The notes beneath the pieces were generated by a model. That model did no database searches. It saw nothing but the letters and a program-made list of their open reading frames with translations, and was not told where the DNA came from. A program made the position numbers and the translations under genes. A stretch of DNA of 64,000 nucleotides, from the NCBI GenBank assembly GCA_963796275.1, contig CAWCKY010000007.1, positions 256,001 through 320,000 on the forward strand, given 5' to 3'. The DNA comes from an uncultured Acidobacteriota bacterium. GTDB lineage: Bacteria; Acidobacteriota; Blastocatellia; RBC074. Shown one piece after another: positions 20,040 to 29,398 of this stretch (within the stretch, counting starts at the first letter, position 1; each line of letters begins with the position of its first letter).

Positions 20040-20639
20040 ATGACTGGTGGCGATGCGTTGTCTTTAGGAATTGAATCCACCGAGTGGAAACTGCCGTCAC
20101 GGCGCAAGACCGCTCTGCTCATGTTAATCCTGACGGAGACCACTCTCTTCTCGATTTTCATCGCCGCATATGTCTATTACATAGGCAAGAGTTTAACAGG
20201 ACCCTATCCGAAAGACGTACTGGAATTGCCGGTCATCGCCACGATTTGTTTGCTTTCGAGCAGCGTGACGGTCGTCCTTGCCGAACGCGCCTTCGCGCGG
20301 AATAACAGTTCCGGTTTCAGGTTGTGGTGGTTAATCACTATTGTCCTGGCTCTGATTTTCCTTTCTTCGACTGCAAGGGAATGGTATGGGCTGATCACAA
20401 AACATGGGCTGACGATCAGCACCAATCTGTTCGGAACTACCTATTACGCGTTGGTTGGTTTACACGCGTCTCACGTGATCATTGGTCTGATCCTCCTCGT
20501 TTTGGTTATGTTACTGAGTTTGCGCGGCTATGTGAGGCAAAGAAACGCCGAACATCTGCAGATGATCTCCTGGTACTGGCATTTTGTGGATGCAGTCTGG
20601 GTCGTTGTCTTCACGTTGGTATACGTAATAGGGCGTTAA
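20040..20639 (+). CDS. ctaE: Cytochrome c oxidase subunit III (short form)
   Basis: GLHASHV and WYWHFVDAVW; 199 aa. Confidence 0.93.
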   Translation: MTGGDALSLGIESTEWKLPSRRKTALLMLILTETTLFSIFIAAYVYYIGKSLTGPYPKDVLELPVIATICLLSSSVTVVLAERAFARNNSSGFRLWWLITIVLALIFLSSTAREWYGLITKHGLTISTNLFGTTYYALVGLHASHVIIGLILLVLVMLLSLRGYVRQRNAEHLQMISWYWHFVDAVWVVVFTLVYVIGR

Positions 20640-20774
20640 AAATAGTTTTAAGTTTTAAGTTTTAAGTTTGCTGATGCAAATTACAGTATTTCCGAAAACC
20701 ACAAACTAAAACTGAAAACTCAAAAACTGAAGAACTAGAACTAAGAACTAAGAACTAAAAACTAAAAACTAAAA
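20640..20774. repeat. Inverted heptamer-array element
   Basis: (AGTTTTA)n ... (AAAACTA/AGAACTA)n directly after the ctaE stop. Confidence 0.85.
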
Positions 20775-20986
20775 GTGACCGCTCAACCTCTTCGCCGCGT
20801 TAGCGGCGGATGATTGTAGCCGTGGGTTTTAACCCACGGAAGGCTTGAAGGAAATTCCCGCGTCGCGTTAGCGACGCCTGAATTCAACCGTCGCTGACGC
20901 GACGTGAAAAAATCTACCGCCACCGTGGGTTAAAACCCACGGCTACAATCAACCGCCGCTAACGCGGCGAAGAGGCTGAGCAGTTA
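20775..20986. mobile_element. REPIN-like composite palindrome with GTRACYGCTCA ... CTGAGCAGTTA termini
   Basis: Symmetric hairpins CGCCGCGTTAGCGGCG, CCGTGGGTTTTAACCCACGG and CGTCGCGTTAGCGACG with their inverted partners. Confidence 0.8.
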
Positions 20987-21603
20987 ATTTCAGTTTTTAG
21001 TTTTAGCTGAGCTGTCTCGATCAGCAACTAAAAACCAAAAACTATATATGTTATCCGATAAGAATAAAGAACAAGTTCCTGCCGCCATCGAGATGCCGGC
21101 GCCAACCTACTGGCCGCTGGTCCTGGCATTCGGGATCACGTTGTTATCAACCGCCACCGTGGGCGGCTACAATCAACCGCCGCTAACGCGGCGAAGAGGC
21201 TGAGCAGTTAATTTCAGTTTTTAGTTTTAGCTGAGCTGTCTCGATCAGCAACTAAAAACCAAAAACTATATATGTTATCCGATAAGAATAAAGAACAAGT
21301 TCCTGCCGCCATCGAGATGCCGGCGCCAACCTACTGGCCGCTGGTCCTGGCATTCGGGATCACGTTGTTATCAACCGCCACCGTGGGCGGCTACAATCAA
21401 CGCCGCTAACGCGGCGAAGAGGCTGAGCAGTTAATTTCAGTTTTTAGTTTTAGCTGAGCTGTCTCGATCAGCAACTTAAAACTTAAAACTTAAAACTATA
21501 TATGTTATCCGATAAGAATAAAGAGCAAGTTCCTGCAGCCATTGAAATGCCGGCGCCGACCTACTGGCCGCTCGTCCTGGCCTTCGGGATAACGTTGTTA
21601 TCG
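20917..21603 (+). repeat. Three tandem ~224-bp units (REPIN right half + heptamer element + first 34 codons of the downstream gene)
   Basis: GGCTACAATC recurs at 20941, 21165 and 21389; ATGTTATCCGAT recurs at 21048, 21272 and 21502. Confidence 0.97.
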
Positions 21604-22359
21604 GCCGGGCTGGTCACCCACATTGCCGTCAGCGCGATCGGGTTGCTGCTTACGCTGCGGGCTGCGGTTGGTTGGTTCAAGGATATCTTTCCGGTTGAGA
21701 AGCATGAGCCGGTCCCTGTGGTTCCGGAGTCCCAGCGTGCCGAGCCCATAAAAACCTCTTCGCGTTCGGTGGCTCGACTGCAGGCAGGTGTGGCAAATCA
21801 TCGAGTGCGCATCCCGGCGACGTTCCATCCATATTCGACCGGGATCAGAGGAGGTCTCGCAGGCGGGGTTGCGATGGCCATAGTCGCCTGTCTTTATGGA
21901 CTCATCGCGCACGGCAGCATCTGGTATCCGGTCAACCTGCTTGCCGCAGTCGCGCTGCCCTCGCTGGCTAAGGCAGATTTGGAGCAGTTGAAGGCTTTCA
22001 ATGGTATGGCCTTCATCCTCGCCATACTCTGCCACGCGGCGATCTCAAGCCTTGTGGGATTACTCTTTGCCGTCCTGCTTCCGATGTTGCCCTCGCGCCG
22101 CGCTGCTTTCTGGGGGAGTTTTTTCAGCCCAATTCTATGGTCGGCTCTGGTCGGGGCGACCCTCAACTTGATCAATCCTGTACTGAATGCGCGCATTGAT
22201 TGGGTCTGGTTTGTTGCCTCGCAGATCGCTTTTGGAATGGTCACAGGCTACATCGTTCACCACTCGAAGATGGTCGAGACGATGCAAACGTGGCCGCTGG
22301 CTGCGAGGGCCGGGCTGGAGACTCGAGGCGATGTCCATGGGAATAAAGGAGAGGAATGA
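21502..22359 (+). CDS. Polytopic membrane protein of the oxidase operon; N-terminus resembles subunit IV / the missing first helices of subunit III
   Basis: MPAPTYWP + two TM helices, a soluble linker, then several further TM helices. Overlaps the start of the next gene (ATGA). Confidence 0.7.
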   Translation: MLSDKNKEQVPAAIEMPAPTYWPLVLAFGITLLSAGLVTHIAVSAIGLLLTLRAAVGWFKDIFPVEKHEPVPVVPESQRAEPIKTSSRSVARLQAGVANHRVRIPATFHPYSTGIRGGLAGGVAMAIVACLYGLIAHGSIWYPVNLLAAVALPSLAKADLEQLKAFNGMAFILAILCHAAISSLVGLLFAVLLPMLPSRRAAFWGSFFSPILWSALVGATLNLINPVLNARIDWVWFVASQIAFGMVTGYIVHHSKMVETMQTWPLAARAGLETRGDVHGNKGEE

Positions 22360-23096
22360 GACGGAGGCGACTGATTGCTGCGAATCTATTAGCCCTTGCC
22401 ATATTCGGTCTTATCCCCGCGTGTGATTGGATGCCAGGAAGACCGAACCCGGAGGATCGATGGAAGCGACCGACGGAGATCAAGGGTTTCAACCAGCTAT
22501 TTAGCCAGAATTGTTCCGGATGCCATGGAGCGAATGGACGCCAGGGGGCTGCCCAGCCGCTCAATGATCCGCTCTATCTGGCGGTGGTTACTGAGGAGAC
22601 ATTGCGACAGACAATTGCGCAGGGCGTGCCTGGCAGCCTCATGCCGGCCTTCGCTGAGAGTGCCGGGAGGAATCTCACCGGCGCTCAGATCGAGGTGTTG
22701 GTGGGAGGGATGAGATCACTATGGGCTCGCCCCAATGAATTCTATAACGTGGAGCTTCCGCCTTACAGCCTGCAGGACGCAATAGCGAAAGGCTCCGGAC
22801 CTGGCGACCCACAACGCGGGACGACGGTCTACCAAACTTATTGTGCGCAGTGTCACGGCGAGGGAGGCATCGGAGGGGAAAAGGCCGGCTCCATCGTCGA
22901 TCCGAACTTCCTGGCGCTGGTCAGCGATCAATCTATTCGCACAACTGTGATTACCGGGAGGCCGGATCTGAAAAAACCGGATTGGCGATCTAATCTGGAT
23001 GGTCAGGCGATGACTCCGCAGGAACTATCTGACGTCGTAGCGTGGTTATCGTCATTGCGCCGGGGTTCGGGAGCACAGGTGTCTTTGAAGCCCTGA
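22356..23096 (+). CDS. Diheme c-type cytochrome, probable lipoprotein
   Basis: CSGCH and CAQCH motifs, MPAF distal ligand and LIPAC lipobox-like. Confidence 0.9.
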   Translation: MRRRRLIAANLLALAIFGLIPACDWMPGRPNPEDRWKRPTEIKGFNQLFSQNCSGCHGANGRQGAAQPLNDPLYLAVVTEETLRQTIAQGVPGSLMPAFAESAGRNLTGAQIEVLVGGMRSLWARPNEFYNVELPPYSLQDAIAKGSGPGDPQRGTTVYQTYCAQCHGEGGIGGEKAGSIVDPNFLALVSDQSIRTTVITGRPDLKKPDWRSNLDGQAMTPQELSDVVAWLSSLRRGSGAQVSLKP

Positions 23097-23136
23097 ATCG
23101 GCTTCATGCATGTTTAACCGAGGAGGCGAATAACCT

Positions 23137-23670
23137 ATGAACACAAAAGAATCCGCGTCGCAAGAGCCAGATAACCCGAGAGCTTCTCGTCGTGGCTTTT
23201 TACTGAAGATTGGTACAGCGCTCAACGTGATTGCCGCTACGCTGATAACTATTCCTCTCATCGGTTATGTCTTCTCCAGTTTCACACGAAAGGGGCCGTA
23301 TCAATCGTGGATTTCACTCGGCCCCATGGATGGCTTCCCCGAGGGACAGACTCGATTGGCGAAGTATCGCAACCCGTTCACGCGCCCGTGGGATGGAGCG
23401 ACCGGCGATATACCGTGCTGGGTCAGGCGGATTGAGGGAAGGGAGTTCCAGGTCTTTGCGATCAACTGTACGCACCTCGGCTGTCCGGTGCGCTGGTTCC
23501 GGGACTCGCGCCTGTTTATGTGCCCGTGTCACGGCGGCGCGTATTATGAAGACGGCTCACGCGCCGCCGGGCCGCCACCGCGCGGTCTGTATGAATACGA
23601 GTACAAAATTGAGAACGGCGAACTCATGGTCAGGGGCGGTCAGCTTCCGACACTATCTGAGCCGCTTTGA
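23137..23670 (+). CDS. qcrA: Rieske iron-sulfur subunit of the cytochrome bc complex
   Basis: Tat SRRGFL; CTHLGC and CPCHG. Confidence 0.95.
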   Translation: MNTKESASQEPDNPRASRRGFLLKIGTALNVIAATLITIPLIGYVFSSFTRKGPYQSWISLGPMDGFPEGQTRLAKYRNPFTRPWDGATGDIPCWVRRIEGREFQVFAINCTHLGCPVRWFRDSRLFMCPCHGGAYYEDGSRAAGPPPRGLYEYEYKIENGELMVRGGQLPTLSEPL

Positions 23671-23680
23671 GGAGACAGGA

Positions 23681-25132
23681 ATGCTTAGAAAGATCGCGCG
23701 TTGGATCGATGATAGACTACACGTGAGCAGTCTATATGCCTCTACCGCAGGGCATCATGTGCCTGCGAGCGCGGAAAGCTGGTTCTACGTTTTCGGCAGC
23801 GGGACATTACTCTGCTTTATCATCCAGATCATGACGGGCATCTGCCTCGCATTCGTTTACGTGCCATCAGCCAACGAAGCCTACGCCAGTCTGGAATACT
23901 TGAATTTCCATCAGCCGCTCGGCTGGTTCCTTCGTGCTATGCACGATTGGGGTTCCAACTTCATGGTTGGAATAATGATCCTGCATATGACCCAGGTGTT
24001 CTTATTCGGGGCTTACAAATATCCGCGTGAGATGACTTGGATCTCGGGCGTCGTGTTGCTGCTCTGCACTCTGGGCATGGCTTTCACCGGCCAGATAATG
24101 AGATTCGATCAGGATGCTTACTGGGGGTTGGGCATCGGGGCTGCGATGATGGGGCGGGTCCCGCTATTCGGCGCCAATATCGTGCACCTGATGCTGGGCG
24201 GGCCGATCATAGCAGGAGAAACGCTGTCACGCTTCTTCACCCTGCACGTTTTTATTCTCCCCGGACTGATCATTGCTGTCGTCAGTATGCACCTGAGATT
24301 GGTGCTTACCAAAGGCATCAATGAATATCCGGAGCCGGGCAAACCGGTCGATAAACAGACGTATGAGAAAGAGTATAAGGATTTGATTGAGAAGCAAGGA
24401 GTTCCTTTCGTGCCGAATGCGATCGGCAAGGATCTCATCTTCAGCGGATTGGTGGTGCTGGGCATTCTCTTCTGTGCCGCTTACTTCGGCCCAACGGGCC
24501 CGGCGGGCGCGCCTGACCCGACGCAGATCGATACAGTCCCCAGGCCGGATTTCTTTTTCCTCTGGATCTTTGCCGTCCTCGCGTTACTGCCTGAATACCT
24601 GGAGACTATTCTTATTCTCACCGCTCCCATCATAGGCATTGCTTTCCTTTTTGCCCTGCCGTTTCTCTTCGGGACCGGCGAGAAGAGTTACAAGGTGCGG
24701 CCGGTAGCTTTTCTGAGCGTGGTTGTTATCTTCCTGGTTGTTGGCGTGCTGACATATCTGGGCACGTACTCGCCCTGGTCCCCACAAATGGAAGCGTGGA
24801 GCGGCGACCCTGTGCCCTTTAAATATTTGCAGGGGCGTACGCCGCTCGAGTTGAACGGCGCTTTGGTACTTCAGAGTAAACAATGCCGGAACTGTCATAG
24901 TCTGGATGGGATAGGAGGACAGCGAGGCCCGGCGCTGGACCGAATCTCGACCATTATGACCAGCGACCAGATGGTACGACAGGTTATACAGGGAGGGGGC
25001 AATATGCCCGCCTTCGGCAAGAATCTGAGTCCGCCCGAAATCACCGCGCTCGTCGCGTTCATGCGGACTCTCCGTGCGCCGCACGAATCTCCTGCCCGTG
25101 ATTCAGCTGAGCCGGCACAGCCTGGCCGGTAG
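23681..25132 (+). CDS. qcrB: Cytochrome b (unsplit b/IV) with fused C-terminal cytochrome c
   Basis: True start ATG 23681 after GGAG. MHDWG..ILHM, FTLHVF..SMHL, PDFF (PEWY equivalent), CRNCH and MPAF. Confidence 0.93.
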   Translation: MLRKIARWIDDRLHVSSLYASTAGHHVPASAESWFYVFGSGTLLCFIIQIMTGICLAFVYVPSANEAYASLEYLNFHQPLGWFLRAMHDWGSNFMVGIMILHMTQVFLFGAYKYPREMTWISGVVLLLCTLGMAFTGQIMRFDQDAYWGLGIGAAMMGRVPLFGANIVHLMLGGPIIAGETLSRFFTLHVFILPGLIIAVVSMHLRLVLTKGINEYPEPGKPVDKQTYEKEYKDLIEKQGVPFVPNAIGKDLIFSGLVVLGILFCAAYFGPTGPAGAPDPTQIDTVPRPDFFFLWIFAVLALLPEYLETILILTAPIIGIAFLFALPFLFGTGEKSYKVRPVAFLSVVVIFLVVGVLTYLGTYSPWSPQMEAWSGDPVPFKYLQGRTPLELNGALVLQSKQCRNCHSLDGIGGQRGPALDRISTIMTSDQMVRQVIQGGGNMPAFGKNLSPPEITALVAFMRTLRAPHESPARDSAEPAQPGR

Positions 25133-25175
25133 GATGAACTGTCAAAGAGCGAGCAGATTTGAGTAGGAACATGCT

Positions 25176-27485
25176 GTGAATTCGTTTGTAGAAGAAGCAA
25201 TCTACCAATCCTGGAATGTAGATCGAGGAGTGGTGGCCTTCCTGCTCCTGATAGCTTGGATCTATACGCGTGGTTGGCGACGTTTGCATCTACAATCTCC
25301 GCAGCGGTTCGGTGTAGTGCGCCTTTTATGCTTCTTCGCTGGTTTAACCGTCTTCTTTCTCGCTGTTGCCTCGCCGCTCGATGCCTTTGCCGGCTTGTTG
25401 CTTATTGTCCATATGAATCAGCACCTGCTGCTGACAATGGTGGCACCGCCCTTGATTCTGTTGGGCGCTCCATATCTTCCGTTGCTGCGTGGGCTGCCGC
25501 CAAAAGTCTTAAAACACGGCGCCGGGCCATTTCTTGCCTGGCCCGCCTTACAAAGATTCGGGCGACTTGTAACACATCCCGCAGTCTGTTGGATCGCATT
25601 CTCTCTGACCGTAGTGTTATGGCACATCCCTCTATTCTATGAACTGGCGCTACGATCGGAGTTCTGGCACCAAGTCGAGCACCTTTGCTTCTTCGGCTCC
25701 GCGATCCTCTTCTGGTGGCCGGTGATTCAGCCCGAGCCGGTCAGACAGCATTGGGCGCAATGGGCGATAATCCTCTATCTGTTCTTGGCCGATCTTCAGA
25801 ATACGGCTCTTTCGGCTCTCCTGTGTTTTTACGAACGAGTTATTTATCAAACTTATACTACCGTTCCGCGCATATCGAAATTATCGGCACTCGAAGATCA
25901 GATAGGCGCGGGCGCCTTGATGTGGGTCATTGGATCTCTCGCTTATTTGATCCCGGCAGGGCTGCTGACCATTAAGGTGCTAAGTTCCCGGCAAGGAGTG
26001 CGACCATCCAGTCTCACATCTCGAACCCTGGCCCAAAAAGGCAGAGGTGTATCGGTTCGCCTGGCGCCTCGGCGCAAAGCCTGGGACCTTCTTTCAACTC
26101 CACTCGTTGGAACGGCTTTGCGCTGGCGACATTTTCGGCGAGCGGCACAGTCGGTCATGTTTCTCATGGCGATGATAGTGATCGCGGACGGTTTGTTCGG
26201 ACATCAGATGGGCTCTATGAACCTGGCAGGGATTCTTCCCTGGACCCACTGGCGCGGACTTGTGGTAATCGCGCTATTAGCTGCCGGAAACCTCTTCTGC
26301 ATGGCCTGTCCCTTTATGTTTGCACGCGATCTGGGCCGGCGAGTAATGCCAGTCCGGTGGAACTGGCCCGGACGACTGCGTTCAAAATGGTTCGCTGTAG
26401 CGCTGCTGGCCGTTTACCTGTGGGCTTACGAAGCATTCGATCTATGGGATAGCCCATGGTGGACCGCCTGGATCGTCATCGGGTATTTTGTTGCCTCGTC
26501 TGTCATCGACGGTCTGTTTAAAGGCGCAAGCTTCTGCAAATACGTCTGCCCCATCGGCCAATTCAATTTCGTTCAGTCGCTGGCCTCTCCCCTGGAGGTG
26601 AAAGTCCGCGATCCTGATCGATGCCTGACCTGTACGACTTACGAATGTATTCGCGGCGACTCTGTGCAGCGCGGTTGCGAGTTGCTACTTTTCCAGCCGA
26701 AGAAGGCCGGCAACATGGATTGCACGTTCTGTCTGGACTGCGTCCATGCTTGCCCGCACAGCAACGTTGGGCTATTGGCGTTTGTGCCAGCGAGCCAGCT
26801 CATCGACGATCCTTATCGATCGTCGATGGGACGATTTTCTCAGAGGCCTGATATTGCCGCGCTGATTCTGGTGCTGGTTTTCGGCGCATTTGTAAATGCG
26901 GCGGGGATGCTGAAACCGGTAGCTGCCTGGGAGGAAGCATTGCGGGGCTGGTTCGATATCGGCACCCTGATGCCCATCGAAATAATTCTGACTATTTTCT
27001 CTCTGCTTGTTCTTCCGCTCATTCTTGCCAGCTTGTGCGGGAAGCTATCTCGTGCTCTGGGCCGCATCCAGCTTGGCTGGAGAGATTTGACCTGTAGCTT
27101 TGCGGTGGCCTTCGTCCCCCTCGGGTTCAGTATGTGGCTGGCTCACCTGGTCTTTCATTTCCTCACCGGAAGTTATGCCGCGGTGCCTGCGGCGCAGCGT
27201 GCGGCAGGAGACCTGGGGATCGGTCTTCTGGGCAAGCCAGACTGGAGTTCATTATCTATCGCGCCTTCATTCGATTGGCTGCCGTCATTTCAGATACTTC
27301 TTCTCGACTTGGGCTTTTTGCTCACGCTCTACACGGCCTGGCGCATCGCGAACCGATACAGGTCGCGTGAAACCGGCGCTTTCGGATTGTTTGCGCCCTG
27401 GGCAGTATTAGCAATTGTGCTTTATGTCGTTGGCATATGGATTATTTTTCAGCCGATGCAGATGCGCGGACTGATGGTGCATTAA
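25176..27485 (+). CDS. Caa3_CtaG-type oxidase assembly domain fused to a 4Fe-4S membrane (NapH/CcoG-like) domain
   Basis: N-terminal HMNQHLLL, WHIP, EHLCF and DQIGAG.LMW. C-terminal FCMACPF, FCKYVCP and CTFCLDCVHACP. Confidence 0.85.
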   Translation: MNSFVEEAIYQSWNVDRGVVAFLLLIAWIYTRGWRRLHLQSPQRFGVVRLLCFFAGLTVFFLAVASPLDAFAGLLLIVHMNQHLLLTMVAPPLILLGAPYLPLLRGLPPKVLKHGAGPFLAWPALQRFGRLVTHPAVCWIAFSLTVVLWHIPLFYELALRSEFWHQVEHLCFFGSAILFWWPVIQPEPVRQHWAQWAIILYLFLADLQNTALSALLCFYERVIYQTYTTVPRISKLSALEDQIGAGALMWVIGSLAYLIPAGLLTIKVLSSRQGVRPSSLTSRTLAQKGRGVSVRLAPRRKAWDLLSTPLVGTALRWRHFRRAAQSVMFLMAMIVIADGLFGHQMGSMNLAGILPWTHWRGLVVIALLAAGNLFCMACPFMFARDLGRRVMPVRWNWPGRLRSKWFAVALLAVYLWAYEAFDLWDSPWWTAWIVIGYFVASSVIDGLFKGASFCKYVCPIGQFNFVQSLASPLEVKVRDPDRCLTCTTYECIRGDSVQRGCELLLFQPKKAGNMDCTFCLDCVHACPHSNVGLLAFVPASQLIDDPYRSSMGRFSQRPDIAALILVLVFGAFVNAAGMLKPVAAWEEALRGWFDIGTLMPIEIILTIFSLLVLPLILASLCGKLSRALGRIQLGWRDLTCSFAVAFVPLGFSMWLAHLVFHFLTGSYAAVPAAQRAAGDLGIGLLGKPDWSSLSIAPSFDWLPSFQILLLDLGFLLTLYTAWRIANRYRSRETGAFGLFAPWAVLAIVLYVVGIWIIFQPMQMRGLMVH

Positions 27486-27487
27486 TT

Positions 27488-28054
27488 GTGTTACGCGTTC
27501 TCTTTCATCTAAGCCTGGTGGTTGTCGCTCTTTTCGCGCAAGCTCATCCCGCCCTAGCTGATGGCGGGATCGTGCAGATGCAACGGTCTTCTGGTCCATT
27601 CGTCATCACAGTATTTACCGCGCCGGTTCCGCTACGCGCCGGACCGGCCGACATCAGCATCCTCATTCAGGATAGTAGTAATCATCCCATTCTGGATGCC
27701 CAGGTCTGGGTAATCCTTCATAAAGAAGGTGGGGAAGCTATCAAAGCTGAGGCCAGGCGTGGGCGATCGAAGAATAGATTGCTATATGCTGCACTCTTGA
27801 ATCTACCCGAAGCCGGCCGATGGGAGATTGAAGTGGCCGTTGTGAAAAACTCTGAAGAGACCGGGATCAGTGGAGTAATGATGGTAGCGCCGCCGCGATC
27901 CTTTCTACTCATTTATTGGTGGACGCTGGCCATACCGCCGGTAGCTATCGGTTTGTTCGTCATAAACCAATGGCTTAAGGGGAAGCTTCACCACAAAAAA
28001 CACAAATCCCCCCTTTTGTGTGTTTTATTTTTTATGTTGTGGTTTTTGTGGTGA
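27488..28054 (+). CDS. Exported membrane-anchored protein (YtkA/FixH-like)
   Basis: GTG start 3 nt after the upstream stop; signal ending ALA-DGG; YAA.LNLPEAGRWEIEV. The tail is read from a repeat element. Confidence 0.6.
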   Translation: MLRVLFHLSLVVVALFAQAHPALADGGIVQMQRSSGPFVITVFTAPVPLRAGPADISILIQDSSNHPILDAQVWVILHKEGGEAIKAEARRGRSKNRLLYAALLNLPEAGRWEIEVAVVKNSEETGISGVMMVAPPRSFLLIYWWTLAIPPVAIGLFVINQWLKGKLHHKKHKSPLLCVLFFMLWFLW

Positions 28055-28055
28055 A
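27987..28055. repeat. Palindromic element TTCACCACAAAAA ... TTTTTGTGGTGAA between convergent genes
   Basis: Terminal inverted repeats with a CACAAA/TTTGTG periodic interior. Confidence 0.75.
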
Positions 28056-29378
28056 TTTCAGGTTCTGATTTGAAGACTGTTCCGCCTGCGATATGGTTGT
28101 CTCCCGTAAAGTCGGCAACTCGACGATATCCTTCGAAAAAATCATGTCGAGAATCCAGTCGAGCGTCACGCGAACCTTCTTTTGCAAGCCGGGAAGTTTA
28201 CTCAGATAGATACAACGCCAGAGCCACCAGGCAATGAGCCCGGAGAATCGTACGCCGAAAATCTCTGCCACGCCCGTGCGTCGTCCGATGGTGGCCAGCA
28301 GGCCGATAATCTTGAACTTGAACGGCTTCGGAGCCTGCCCGCGCATAGAGGCCACGATGTTGTGGGCGAGCACGGCGGCCTCTCGGGTGGCGTGTTGCGC
28401 TGTGGGCGGATAGAACTTGCCCGGGTTGAGCGGATCCGGCACTAGCGCGCAGTCACCGAGGGCCCAAACTCCGGGCCAGTTCGGCACTTGAAGACATTCG
28501 TTGGCGAGGACGCGACCCCGTTCGATGGCACACGGCAGAGTTGACAACAGAGGCGGTGGTGTAATGCCCGCGGTCCAAACGAGCATGCGGGTGGCGATCT
28601 TTGTGCCATCGCTGAATGTCACTTCCTTTCCGTCGTAACCGGTGACTTTGGTCTTCAGGAGAACCTCGACGCCGCGCCGGGCTAGCTGTTTTTCGGCATA
28701 GCGGCCGAGGCTTTCGCTCAACTCCGGAAGCAGAGCATCACCGGCATGCACCACGACGATACGGAGCATATTCTCCTGCAAGTTGGGATAGAACTTCATC
28801 GCTTCACGCATGAGATCGTTCACAGCCCCAGCGGTCTCTACCCCGGCGAAGCCGCCGCCGGTAACCACCATCGTCAGCAACTTCTTGCGCTCGGTTTCAT
28901 CCGGCTGGTTGTCCGCCAGTCCTAGCGCATCAATGGCGCGATTTCGCACGAGAATGGCATCTCCCAGCGTCTTCATCGTGAGGGCGTGCTTTTCGAGACC
29001 TGAGTTTCCATAGAAGTTCGTCACCGCGCCGAGCGCCAGGACGAGCTGGTCGTAGCTCACATCGTTGGCATTTGACGACCCGCTTTGCACGATGCGAACC
29101 TGCTTCCTGACGAGATCGACCGCTTCGACTTCAGCAATCGTCACCTGAGTATGTCGCAGCATCATACGCAGCGAATAGACTATATCCGTCACCTCCACGT
29201 CACCCCCGGCGACCTCGCTGAGCATCGGGGTGAAAAGTACGAAATTCTCTTTAGCTATCAGTTTGACCTCGATGTCCGTCCTGTCGCCTAGCTGCTTCTC
29301 GAGGTGCAACGCGGTATAGGCGCCGGCAAATCCGCCGCCGAGAATCAAAATGCGCTTCTTCGTTGTTGAAGGCTCCAT
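28032..29378 (-). CDS. ndh: Type II NADH dehydrogenase family FAD/NAD(P) oxidoreductase
   Basis: ILILGGGFAG, FTPML.EV, GGGFAGVE.AG, WALGD and PPTAQHA. AGGAG RBS before the ATG at 29378. Confidence 0.85.
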   Translation of the reverse strand: MEPSTTKKRILILGGGFAGAYTALHLEKQLGDRTDIEVKLIAKENFVLFTPMLSEVAGGDVEVTDIVYSLRMMLRHTQVTIAEVEAVDLVRKQVRIVQSGSSNANDVSYDQLVLALGAVTNFYGNSGLEKHALTMKTLGDAILVRNRAIDALGLADNQPDETERKKLLTMVVTGGGFAGVETAGAVNDLMREAMKFYPNLQENMLRIVVVHAGDALLPELSESLGRYAEKQLARRGVEVLLKTKVTGYDGKEVTFSDGTKIATRMLVWTAGITPPPLLSTLPCAIERGRVLANECLQVPNWPGVWALGDCALVPDPLNPGKFYPPTAQHATREAAVLAHNIVASMRGQAPKPFKFKIIGLLATIGRRTGVAEIFGVRFSGLIAWWLWRCIYLSKLPGLQKKVRVTLDWILDMIFSKDIVELPTLRETTISQAEQSSNQNLKFTTKTTT

Positions 29379-29398
29379 GGTATCTCCTCTGGAAATCA

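Noticed and set aside
20917-21603. CRISPR array or DGR template/variable repeat
   Set aside because: Units are 224 bp with no unique spacers. Differences are synonymous and not adenine-specific. No cas or reverse transcriptase gene is in the window.
23267-23680. 138-aa N-terminal extension of cytochrome b
   Set aside because: It overlaps the Rieske gene in another frame. The RBS-preceded ATG at 23681 gives a normal start.
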